A DNA stretch of 64,000 nt, taken from Octopus bimaculoides. Lineage: Eukaryota. The notes beneath the pieces were generated by a model, which worked only from the letters and a program-made list of their open reading frames with translations, ran no database searches and was not told the origin of the DNA. Position numbers and translations under genes: made by a program. Below, piece by piece: positions 12,521-24,021 of this stretch (within the stretch, counting starts at the first letter, position 1; every line of letters begins with the position of its first letter). The DNA is taken from NCBI RefSeq assembly GCF_001194135.2, contig NC_068985.1, positions 16,414,275 through 16,478,274 on the forward strand. Reading direction: 5' to 3'.

Positions 12521-12832
12521 ATCTACAAAAGCACGGGAAGCTTTGGGAATCCTAATAACACCGAGCCTTCCTTCAGGTTGAACGGTGTCCCCCTCTATGT
12601 CAGCAACAATTATATATATATATATATGTAATCTCCGTTCTCCTTACCATTATTAATACTATTACTCTTCGGAAAATATGCAGTCTTGAACAGGACACTC
12701 GGGTGTACCCAGCGGGAAAAGTTTCCAGAGCCTAACAATTTACTGTTACCTCGGGTATCACATAAGGACCGTTGTGGTTAGCCGGCATCTAACACCGACT
12801 TAAAAGGAAACACGGTAACCGCCTGGATAATA

Positions 12833-13300
12833 TGTAAGAGACTGTGTGATGTGAGGTAACGAGAATGGCTCTTTAGTACCACATCACACGGCTGATACAA
12901 TAAAGAGGGATTAATAGAACATATAAATGCCAGAGAGATAAAGAGACACAATTACGTAAGAAAGATAAAGATAACATTTATTGATATGTTAACATGTGTG
13001 TCTGTGTGTGTGCGTCCTGTATACAGAATAATAGACAGGCCGTCATGAGAACAAAATGTATGTGTGTGTGTGTGTAAGCATAGATGTATGCGCGTGTTAA
13101 GAACATTTAAGGATGGCGATAAGGAGACAGTGAAAGAATTTATAGCCATTGAAATGAGAAGTCCATAGACACAAGAAAAATAGCACTAATTCGTAGTCAA
13201 TTGTACACAGTAGTTGAAATATTGTATCAAGAAGTCGCGGCTATGATACTGAGACGGTTGCAGGTACATGTCATACGTGAAGTCTTGGCTGTGATGCTGC
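12833..13300 (-). mobile_element. LTR fragment homologous to 29290-29700
   Basis: Starts TGTAA; shares GAGAATGGCTC..TTAGTAC, TATGTTAACATGTGT, TAATAGACAGGCCGTC and GTTGAAAT..TGTATCAAGAAGT blocks. Confidence 0.65.
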
Positions 13301-13825
13301 TGCCTGTGAACCTCGCGCAAATTATAGCAGCACACAACGAGAGTAAGTTAAGCAATTTCCGTGAGAATACTGATAGCAGTAACTAGGATATAAATACTAA
13401 TGGATTAACAATAAGTAGTAACGATGTTAATATAATAAACCAAGCTGGGGCTAGGAGAAATGGCTGTAGCAGAAACACTAATTAAGGGGAAGCAACCGTA
13501 ACAAACTCAAACGCGAGATTAGGAAGGAAGATAGGAACACTAGAAAATGGAGTACCCAGAATGTCATCAATGAGAAAAGAAGAAATAGCCTAGAAAATAG
13601 GCAAATTAATTTAGCGATTACTTCTAATGAAACCAACATAAAAAATAATAATAGAATTAGAACTAATATTTGTGATTGCTCAAGAAATAGTAGATGCTCT
13701 ATAAATATCGGATGTAAAACTAAAAATGTCGTTTACAGGTGCAAAATTACCCCAGGAGACAAAGAGTATTTCTATATAGATGCTAGCTTACGTTTGATCG
13801 AACAAAGAGTAGCTAACCATGAAAA

Positions 13826-14873
13826 TTCTTTTTAAAATAGGGACAAAAAAATAACACAAGCCTAAGTAAGTTAATTTGGTCGATATGCTGGGATATTATT
13901 AGTAAAGCTAAACCTTATAGAACGGTATAAGAGATGCGACCTTTGNNNNNNNNNNNNNNNNNNNNNNNNNNNNNNNNNNNNNNNNNNNNNNNNNNNNNNN
14001 NNNNNNNNNTAATAAACACAAGGCAGGAAGGTGCTCTAAGATGCCTTCATACAAGAAAATTTACTTTTAAACAATCTAAATAAACTCATTACATTTTATA
14101 TGATAACAAAAATTATTATGATAACAATTCTTTTTAAAATAGGGACAAAAAAATAACACAAGCCTAAGTAAGTTAATTTGGTCGATATGCTGGGATATTA
14201 TTAGTAAAGCTAAACCTTATAGAACAGGGTATAAGAGATGCGACCTTTGCGTAAAGAAATGTACCAAATTTTCACTTCTANNNNNNNNNNNNNNNNNNNN
14301 NNAAATTTAATCTAATAAACACAAGGCAGGAAGGTGCTCTAAGATGCCTTCATACAAGAAAATTTACTTTTAAACAATCTAAATAAACTCATTACATTTT
14401 ATATGATAATAAAAATTATTATGATAACAATTGAGAAACTAAGAAGCAAATAATAAATCAAACGTAATAGAATATCTCTACACTAAAAATATACTCTTTG
14501 AAATAATAAATAAATAAATAAATTTATTAATCCAATTTATATCGAATATTTTTTTTATCAGTTACAATGAGTAAAGATTAAAATTTTTTTTTTTTTTTTC
14601 AGAAATNNNNNNNNNNATTCTTTTTAAAATAGGGACAAAAAAATAACACAAGCCTAAGTAAGTTAATTTGGTCGATATGCTGGGATATTATTAGTAAAGC
14701 TAAACCTTATAGAACGGTATAAGAGATGCGACCTTTGCGTAAAGAAATGTACCAAATTTTCACTTCTAAATTTAATCTAATAAACACAAGGCAGGAAGGT
14801 GCTCTAAGATGCCTTCATACAAGAAAATTTACTTTTAAACAATCTAAATAAACTCATTACATTTTATATGATA
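13826..14873. repeat. Three near-identical ~300-bp copies interleaved with N gaps
   Basis: Unit begins ATTCTTTTTAAAATAGGGAC at about 13826, 14128 and 14618. Confidence 0.85.
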
Positions 14874-14883
14874 NNNNNNNNNN

Positions 14884-15351
14884 ATTACAAATGTTATAAA
14901 TACTGTAGGTCTATGAAATAAAGTTTATAAATGAGTTTGGTTCAGCAAATGATTTTTTGAAATTTGACAGCGAAAAAATGTTTTCTAGTTTTTGTGGTAA
15001 AATATTATTCTATATGTTAATACTGTTATAAATAAAACTTTTTTGACAAATTGATACTCGACAAAAGGACATTTCAAAATAATTCAAGAGGTGATACCTC
15101 TTGTTTGGTAGTTATGAGGGAAAGAATGGCGACGGATAATTTCATAGAAATAAGTATGGCGGTGATGATGAAATATTTTGTAATAGAACTCAATAGTAGA
15201 GTTGTATTAATTTAAAAGAACAAAATTTTTATCTCCTTCAAAGTAGGATCCTCTGACTGCAATGCGCTTGTTCTAGTGTGCCAGCCACTTCGTGAAGGAC
15301 CCATTTATAAACTTTATTTCATAGACCTACAGTATTTATAACATTTGTAAT
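14884..15351. mobile_element. MITE-like element with 50-bp perfect inverted repeat
   Basis: 14884-14933 is the reverse complement of 15302-15351. Confidence 0.8.
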
Positions 15352-16229
15352 ATTTTATATTTCCAGACATAAAGAGTTTTACCTTTTAGAGANNNNNNNN
15401 NNNNNNNNNNNNNNNNNNNNNNNNNNNNNNNNNNNNNNNNNNNNNNNNNNNNNNNNNNNNNNNNNNNNNNNNNNNNNNNNNNNNNNNNNNNNNNNNNNNN
15501 NNNNNNNNNNNNNNNNNNNNNNNNNNNNNNNNNNNNNNNNNNNNNNNNNNNNNNNNNNNNNNNNNNNNNNNNNNNNNNNNNNNNNNNNNNNNNNNNNNNN
15601 NNNNNNNNNNNNNNNNNNNNNNNNNNNNNNNNNNNNNNNNNNNNNNNNNNNNNNNNNNNNNNNNNNNNNNNNNNNNNNNNNNNNNNNNNNNNNNNNNNNN
15701 NNNNNNNNNNNNNNNNNNNNNNNNNNNNNNNNNNNNNNNNNNNNNNNNNNNNNNNNNNNNNNNNNNNNNNNNNNNNNNNNNNNNNNNNNNNNNNNNNNNN
15801 NNNNNNNNNNNNNNNNNNNNNNNNNNNNNNNNNNNNNNNNNNNNNNNNNNNNNNNNNNNNNNNNNNNNNNNNNNNNNNNNNNNNNNNNNNNNNNNNNNNN
15901 NNNNNNNNNNNNNNNNNNNNNNNNNNNNNNNNNNNNNNNNNNNNNNNNNNNNNNNNNNNNNNNNNNNNNNNNNNNNNNNNNNNNNNNNNNNNNNNNNNNN
16001 NNNNNNNNNNNNNNNNNNNNNNNNNNNNNNNNNNNNNNNNNNNNNNNNNNNNNNNNNNNNNNNNNNNNNNNNNNNNNNNNNNNNNNNNNNNNNNNNNNNN
16101 NNNNNNNNNNNNNNNNNNNNNNNNNNNNNNNNNNNNNNNNNNNNNNNNNNNNNNNNNNNNNNNNNNNNNNNNNNNNNNNNNNNNNNNTATATATATATAT
16201 ATATATATTATTATTATTATTATTATTAT

Positions 16230-16830
16230 TAAACGAAAGTGATTTCGATTGAGGATTGTTTATTTTGGTGAGAGACTATGAGATATACGGCAGAGAAAGG
16301 GCCGTCAAAACACCAGAGCTGGTTGAGAAAATTCGCTGTTTTGCAGATAAAGACTGTTGTGTATCTATCAAGACAATAAGCATACAGTGTGAAGTTGGTG
16401 AGGCAACTGTACACAGAATTATTCATGAAGATCTGAATATATGCAAAATTTGTGCAAAGTTTGTTCCCAGGGTGCTCAGTGATGAACATCCTGGTAACTA
16501 ACTATTTGGCAGAGTCGGGCATTAAAACTGTCCCTCATCCTCCTTGCTGTCCAGAACTTGCGCCCTGTGGCCTTCAATTGTTTCCCGAGCTGTAGAACAT
16601 CAGGAGAAGTCATTTTGAAGACATTGAGCTAATGAAAGAGGCTTACACAAGTGTCCTGGACACCTTCACTTTAGAGGACTTTCATGGGTCCTTCACGAAG
16701 TGGCTGGCACACTAGAACAAGCGCATTGCAGTCAGAGGATCCTACTTTGAAGGAGATAAAAAATTTGTTCTTTTAAATTAATAAATGTCTCTCCCGAAAA
16801 TGTCTGAAGACTTCTGGAATGCACTTTGTA
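16230..16830 (+). mobile_element. Mariner transposase remnant, internally deleted
   Basis: TVHRIIHEDLNICKICAKFVPRVLSDE, plus decayed HPP.SP.LAP.(D)F.LFP motif near 16535-16590. Confidence 0.85.
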
Positions 16831-18191
16831 TATGCACTGTCATTTCCAACCTACATTCATAAACTTTGCAAAATATGCACTGCTTAACTACTTTTAACTT
16901 TTAGTGCGATTTAGACAGAAATAGCTATACACTTCTGGTTTCACATAAAAATATAACACACATAGAAAGGAAAAGTGTTGCTATAAAAGATATGAACTCC
17001 TATGCAACTATGGCTCGACCAGTCAGTATTAGCTGGCTTATTATACTGAGGCGACTATCTTCAAAAGAAGTATGCCAGTTTTCCCGCCAAACAATTTGGC
17101 TGAAGATTATAGAAGGATAGTCAGCAGCTATAAAAAGACTCGCAAATACAACCTAATCAGAGAGCTACTATGCCATCTAAGGGAATCTATGTCGCTTGTC
17201 TCAACATGTTATTCCCTCTCTCAGTTTCACTTTTAAGTATCATATTTATGCCGTAGTCAGTAAAAGACACTAAGTTTTATTTGTAGTGTCCAATAACATA
17301 TTAATTATAAGCAGTGATTAATTTCCTTGCACTACCTTCATTATCTAGTGAGTTATATACAGTGGATTCCTAACCGTTATGTTCATTGAATATTGATTCA
17401 TTAATGTATTGAATGTACATTTATGAATATAAAAATTCAGGTTAGTGAAATATTTAGAAACTTAAACTTTAAAGAGGTTATTGCCGATACACACAACCTT
17501 CCTAACTACTAAACAGTTTTAGAAGAATATTTGACAAACCACTTCATCCATCAAAGTCTCAAGGGCTGAACCTTTGATACGTGCCATACATTTCTGTAAC
17601 TTCTACTGATTAAAAATCAAATATACATACACTCATGTATTAAGTGCAGTTTATCTTGTTTGTTCAACCAAACTTGTGTGTTTCAGTGCCGTGGGTGTGT
17701 TTGCGTTTATTCATGTTTTTCATATGTATTGAATTTATAATTTTTTTTTTTTATGATTCAACATACGTCCTTGTCATTTAGCTTCTTAACTGTAACCTGA
17801 GAAATGTTAAGGTAAATAGAGCCATGTCCTGGAAATAAACAGAGCTTATTACTTTGTCAAAACCTAAACTGAGAAATTCGAGAAATACTTTGTTTTCACA
17901 TATATAAGTGACCTCTAAAATTGCAACAGTAATTTTAAATTGCCCTGGTTTGATATAGCATAGCCGCGCTAATACTCATATATCAGCTCCCCACACATCG
18001 CTGACCTTTTCAAATGCAAATTAAACAATTATTGGTACAATTTTAAAATATTCTGAGATAGTGAAAGAGAGATTGTAAGGCAAAATATCTTATTGAAGCA
18101 TACAAATAATAAATCCAAAGATTTCGTTTATGTATTTAATTTGCAAGATTCGTGATGTAAACTTTTCTGTTGAAACATATATTATTATATT

Positions 18192-18527
18192 TCAGGAGGG
18201 TCATTTTGTCAATAATAGACACATGCTCTCGTTCTTTTTCACCTCGTTCGTGTCAATTTAAACATTTAATTAATCTAATTGTTCGGCCACTCAATCCGCT
18301 GAGTTCGTCAAAGTCCTTTTGTCGCCATTAGTGATCTCTTCAATGACATGCCCTTTCTACTCAAGGTCTGCAGGGCATGCCACTGATGAGGTCGCGATTG
18401 GCAACAAAAGGACTTTGAACGATTAATCAAACAATAGATTAGTTGTGTAAATGCTTAACCAATTGATAACTAAAGATATGAAATAGAACCAGTGCGTGTG
18501 TTTATTATGACACAATGATGCTCTTGA
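18192..18527. mobile_element. Fold-back MITE
   Basis: Nested inverted repeats, e.g. CAAAGTCCTTTTGTCGCCA / TGGCAACAAAAGGACTTTG and GTCAATAATAGACAC / GTGTTTATTATGAC. Confidence 0.7.
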
Positions 18528-18953
18528 GATACAAAATTCCAAAGATAGAAAGAGAAATATAGAAACTTTCTCGGCCAAAACTTCAAAATAGTTTATAGAT
18601 CACAATATAAGTTGAACACGATTACAACTACTAAACACTATGGAGAGATCGATCTACCCATTGTAATTAGCAATCACAAATGTGTGAGCCTTTTGGGGCC
18701 AGCAAGATGGCGGCACAGCCGGAAGTCGATAGCCAATGGCAAAGGGAGATAATCCCCCTATTGCTTACCTTTGTAGCGAGGCTTTTCCCCCTCCATATCT
18801 GGGGTTTGACGATACGCCATAAAGCTAAACCTTTTATGGACGGGAAACCCAGGTTAATTCCATAAACCGGCCTTCCCCACTTTTAATATATACTGTTCTA
18901 CATCTTAGAGTGTGCTTCTTCCCCGGATTTATGTTTTCTACAGACTATCCTGT

Positions 18954-18954
<1 letters not shown>

Positions 18955-19016
<62 letters not shown>

Positions 19017-19017
19017 T
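18955..19017. repeat. (GATA)n microsatellite
   Basis: Direct reading. Confidence 0.95.
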
Positions 19018-19560
19018 ATTTCTTTATTGGCCACACAGGACTGGACACAGAGGGGACAAAATACAAAGTAGAGCTTTTCTTTTGGGGAAGAGAAGGAAAA
19101 GAAAAAAAAGGAAAGGTGGGTAGAAATTCGATCAAACGAGATCGCTAAAAAAAAAAGTCCATCAATAGGGATCGTGTATCACAGAAATGTCATAGTGTAA
19201 AAAAAGGAAACAGATTAGGTTTATCCGTGAAAAGAAAAGCCTACGGAAAAGACCACGGTAACCTGGGGCAATAATGCCATGCAAAAAAACGCATTACAGT
19301 AAGTGACTCTCATTTTTCCTATCTGTTTCTTTTGGGTTGGGGTTTCATAGGATTATGCTCAAGGTGGCTTGCATAGTAACTGACTTGATCCGAGATCGTG
19401 TGCTGAAACAAAAGCAATTGCAGCGTGGAAGATGTTTATAAGCCATTTAAGAACACACAAACAAAAACCGTTAGATTCACTTCGACATTTAAATTTGATT
19501 TTAATTTAATTTAATTTAATATAGTTTAAATAATAAAGCGAATCTAACGGGGTTTTTTTG
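19015..19560 (-). mobile_element. Probable L1/Tx1-like LINE 3'UTR
   Basis: On the minus strand, T-rich 3'UTR-like sequence ending GTGTGGCCAATAAAGAAA directly into (TATC)n. No ORF visible because of the gap; clade assignment is recollection only. Confidence 0.45.
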
Positions 19561-20189
19561 TTTGTTTGTTTTTTGTGCCNNNNNNNNNNNNNNNNNNNNN
19601 NNNNNNNNNNNNNNNNNNNNNNNNNNNNNNNNNNNNNNNNNNNNNNNNNNNNNNNNNNNNNNNNNNNNNNNNNNNNNNNNNNNNNNNNNNNNNNNNNNNN
19701 NNNNNNNNNNNNNNNNNNNNNNNNNNNNNNNNNNNNNNNNNNNNNNNNNNNNNNNNNNNNNNNNNNNNNNNNNNNNNNNNNNNNNNNNNNNNNNNNNNNN
19801 NNNNNNNNNNNNNNNNNNNNNNNNNNNNNNNNNNNNNNNNNNNNNNNNNNNNNNNNNNNNNNNNNNNNNNNNNNNNNNNNNNNNNNNNNNNNNNNNNNNN
19901 NNNNNNNNNNNNNNNNNNNNNNNNNNNNNNNNNNNNNNNNNNNNNNNNNNNNNNNNNNNNNNNNNNNNNNNNNNNNNNNNNNNNNNNNNNNNNNNNNNNN
20001 NNNNNNNNNNNNNNNNNNNNNNNNNNNNNNNNNNNNNNNNNNNNNNNNNNNNNNNNNNNNNNNNNNNNNNNNNNNNNNNNNNNNNNNNNNNNNNNNNNNN
20101 NNNNNNNNNNNNNNNNNNNNNNNNNNNNNNNNNNNNNNNNNNNNNNNNNNNNNNNNNNNNNNNNNNNNNNNNNNNNNNNNNNNNNNNNN

Positions 20190-20220
<31 letters not shown>

Positions 20221-21419
20221 GAGAGAGAGAGAGTGAGAGAGAGAGAGAGAGGTCATGTATACGTACATGCATAAATATGCATAGATCTTTGTGTGTGTGT
20301 GTGTGTGCGTGTGTATGAAAAAGAGAGAGAGAGAGAGAGTAAATACTACATGCACGCTACGTCAATACCGGAAGTTGACATTTCATCACAAGTATGTAAG
20401 CATTTGGTACAAAAACGTCAAAATAGAGAGTGAAGCTTTGTGCCGTTGTTACGTCAATACCGGAAGTTGACATTGAGGAACCTTTTTAAAGAAGTGAATC
20501 ATAAATATAAAGCAATATTATTTATTTTTAATTAAAAAAAATCAAATGAAGAGCCTAACATTTCTCCGAGGTCAAATTATTCATGCATCACAAGTATGGA
20601 AGCATTTGGTGAGATCGATTTCACGTGAAAAGCGAATACACAGANNNNNNNNNNCTTCAGTCGTGGCTTTGGTTAAGAATTTGCTTAACAGCCACAAGGT
20701 TTAAAGTTCAATCCCAGTGCATGGCATTTGCCTATGGCAAGTGTCATCTGCAATAATAGTCCTGACCAGTGCCCTGTAAGTGAATTTGGTTGAGGAAAAC
20801 TCTGCGGAAGTTCGTCAAATGAATGTGGAGGCATCTCTGTGTTTATTTCTTACCGGATGACACCCGGTGTTGGTTTGCTTACGCCCCTGTGACTATTGAT
20901 CGTCTAAACCCTTCGGTGTGATGCCCCAGCATGGCAGCATTTCAGCGACTAAAACAATAAAGAAAAGAAAATCTGGGAATGTTCGCTGAAATGAATGTAG
21001 TGTCTCAACGTAAAACTAATTATTTACACTCTTACCCGGGACAAAACATATAAATGGGTGGGGAAGATAAAACGCGATAGCAGATAAATGTTTTCAATAG
21101 AAAGGCGCCAGTCAAAACTTTAATAATATACGTGTCGGGTCATAAAGGGTTTTAACTATTGTTTGCTCACATGAGAATTTATATTCAGAAATCTCAACTG
21201 CAGGTTAAAACTGCCTTTGGAACTACTAACCACTTTAAGTATACCTAATCACATGTAAACACTCGAAAATCATGCACAAATATTTACATATCAATGACAT
21301 ATTTACTAAATATGGTACTCACAATATTCAACGTTCAAATATTTAATATTCGTAGTATCAGTTTAGTGCCTTGCTAAACCACTAACATTTTCACATCTTT
21401 CTGAAATGTAAGGTCTTTG

Positions 21420-23900
21420 TACACTGGTAGACCGAATACACTTCCTAAAAATCCCTTCACTACAAGATTGATCTTGATGTTTCGTTCATTATTCCACATC
21501 ATCATCACGAGTGTCTATCAATACTACAAGCAGGTACCACTGCCAAAATTGAGTAGTCGTTACTCTCATCCTTATCCTCGCTTGTTTCAAGTGGTACGTT
21601 TTAAATTTAAGCCTGATTTGGTCTGCATGAGCCCTGGTTCCAGACCCCTTCCTAGTAATGATGACAGTATTGTTTCTAGCTAACAGCACCAAGTTGCCAA
21701 TTTTGGTATTGAATTATTCTTGTTATATTCATGTGATTTGTGGATTAGAACATTGTCAAGAACGTGCGGATTTGGCGTCTCATCCAGGCAGAAGTACTTT
21801 CTAATCTATCTACAATGACAAATCGTAAAATAATTAAGTAAAAGAAAGAAGTAAAAACAATCCAAACTTCTCTTTCTGGGGAAAGGATTCTTCAATTGCA
21901 TTTTAATTACCTAAACCATTTCTCCTTTAATCTCATTTGATTTTACATGATATGGCAGTGTTTTGTAAAGAATGCAGCCAATTTTCTATAACCACGAACA
22001 CAGATTACCGTCATGATATTCGGAAAAATTATCCAACGCTAAAACTTAAGGTACATCATTCCGAGAGAAAATGACTCACTCGTAACAGGGTAGTTGTTCT
22101 CTTCCCATCTGGAAAGGAAACCACAAAGACGAGCATCAATCCGATACTATCAACACAAGCATAATCCATATCTTCGGGGATCTAATTCTATGAGGTTTAA
22201 ATGAAACCTCTTCTTTCGAACATTCTTTATCATTACTCATTCAGAATGAAGACCCAGGTGGATATTTCAAAATTTCTTTATCTCTGCATATTCATCTATG
22301 GTCTTCAACATCGCATGAAGCGCCAGGCCAACATGCTTCAAGCTTCAGGCAATTGCGGGTCGCATTAATTCCACAATATGTCATTATGAACGCTATTTTT
22401 TTTTCTTTTTTGCTTCCTGCATAACCATAACATCGCCGTTTCAAAGGATGATGCTTTCACGCTTAATCTATATTTAACATCTTGCTATAGTTTTTCGACA
22501 TTGGTGCAGGTATTCCAGACATACATTTTTATTCTAAAAATGGCTATTTCCCAGTATTGCATCACTTAGTGCTTCCGAAGCTAGCCGATCAAAATGCAGC
22601 TTTTCAGTTTCCTACCCAGTGTGTGAATTTATCACTAACATCATGAAAAATAATGTCTTTTGGTTGTGATCTAAAATGTAACTGTGAGAGCGCATCGACT
22701 TGAGGAATGGTATTTTATCGAACATATGTGGTATCAAAATTAAATTCCATGTGTTGAATGACTCATTTCAGCATCCCTGAACAAGAAACCTCTGAAATTT
22801 CTTCACGTAGGATGAAAATGAATTCATGACTTCTGTGATCGGAACTAAGTAGGAACTTTCTACTGAGCAAAATGTGATGGGCAAGTTTTGCAGTCAACAC
22901 AATCGCTAAAGTATCTCAGTATTCGAAAAATTAGATTCAGTAAGGTGGTGATCTTTTTAAATCGTTAGCACTCTGGACAAAATGTTTAGCGGCATTTCGC
23001 CCGACTTTACGTACTGAGTTCAAATTCCGCCAAGGTCGATTTGCCTTTTATTCTTTCGGAGCTGATAAAATAAACCCCTCCACTGAAGTTGCTGGCCTTG
23101 AGCCAATATTTAAAACTAATAATTAGAATCAGAAGATAAATATAGCATTCGGTGATTTTCCTACAAGCTTCATCATTTAGAACGCTCGCTAACATCGGTA
23201 GTCAATGTGACATCTTTATTGGCATCAAATATTTTTACAGCAAAATGATATGCATGCACTCTATAAAATTCTCAAATGATTTTTACTGAACATTATGTTA
23301 TTCTATATTTTTTCCATCAATTTTGCAAATGACTCAACCGTATCAGAATGTATTTGCAAATACCGACGATGAAAATTTAGCAAACTTAAAAATAATTCTA
23401 AATCTTTTTTATGGCAGGGTAGCAATATATCTTTTGTGGACCAAACATCAATCTAGAAAATAAACACCTTCGTTTTTGAGATTAAACGTCTTTAAAATGA
23501 TATCTTATTGCTATAGCTAAATTTGTCTGAATTAATAGTCATGCCTTTGTCTCTTACTTGAATCAATATAATCTTGGTCTTCTGGTTCAATTCTTCCTTA
23601 GTAATTTGATCCAAACATATCATCCTGGTAAATATTTTTTATATAACCCGGATAGATTTTTTTTTATATAGTCCCCCAAGCTCTTTTCTATCGCACGGCC
23701 ATAGCTACAGGATTTACAATGACAAAATTACATTTTGGTCATGAGATAAGCATCGAACACTCTTGGCCCCACTTCATTGCAAACTTCAATTTAGATCTTA
23801 TATTTGTTTCCAGTAATTCACGTCTTCCATTTGTCACAGATTAAACCCCATGAAACCTTCAGTTGTACCCTTCTAACCACTATTTTTATTAATATCTTTA
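21420..23900 (-). mobile_element. Old degenerate Gypsy/Ty3 pol remnant (RT-RNaseH-integrase)
   Basis: Minus-strand pieces with stops and frameshifts: IYQDDMF (YxDD, ~23610), EFNFDTTYVR*NTIPQVDALSQLHF (RNaseH end), YCGINATRNCLKLEACWPG..CDVE (integrase zinc finger), DYACVDSIGLMLVFV (core). Confidence 0.75.
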
Positions 23901-24021
23901 GCTATGCTTCATCAAGGTCAGAATTTGTCTGCATCAATTGGATGCAGACGACGGAGAAATAAAATATTTTGGACTTCGAAGTGGAGTAGGGGCGGACGTG
24001 ATCTTTAAGATCAGGGTAGCG

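Noticed and set aside
19516-20355. Long ORFs made mostly of X (also about 41724-42828, 56499-57175 and parts of 25161-27875)
   Set aside because: Produced by N gaps lacking stop codons.
22280-22340. Minus-strand HVGLALHAMLKTIDEY resembling a FAK FAT helix
   Set aside because: The overlapping frame gives the Gypsy integrase zinc-finger motif, consistent with surrounding pol motifs; no splice context.
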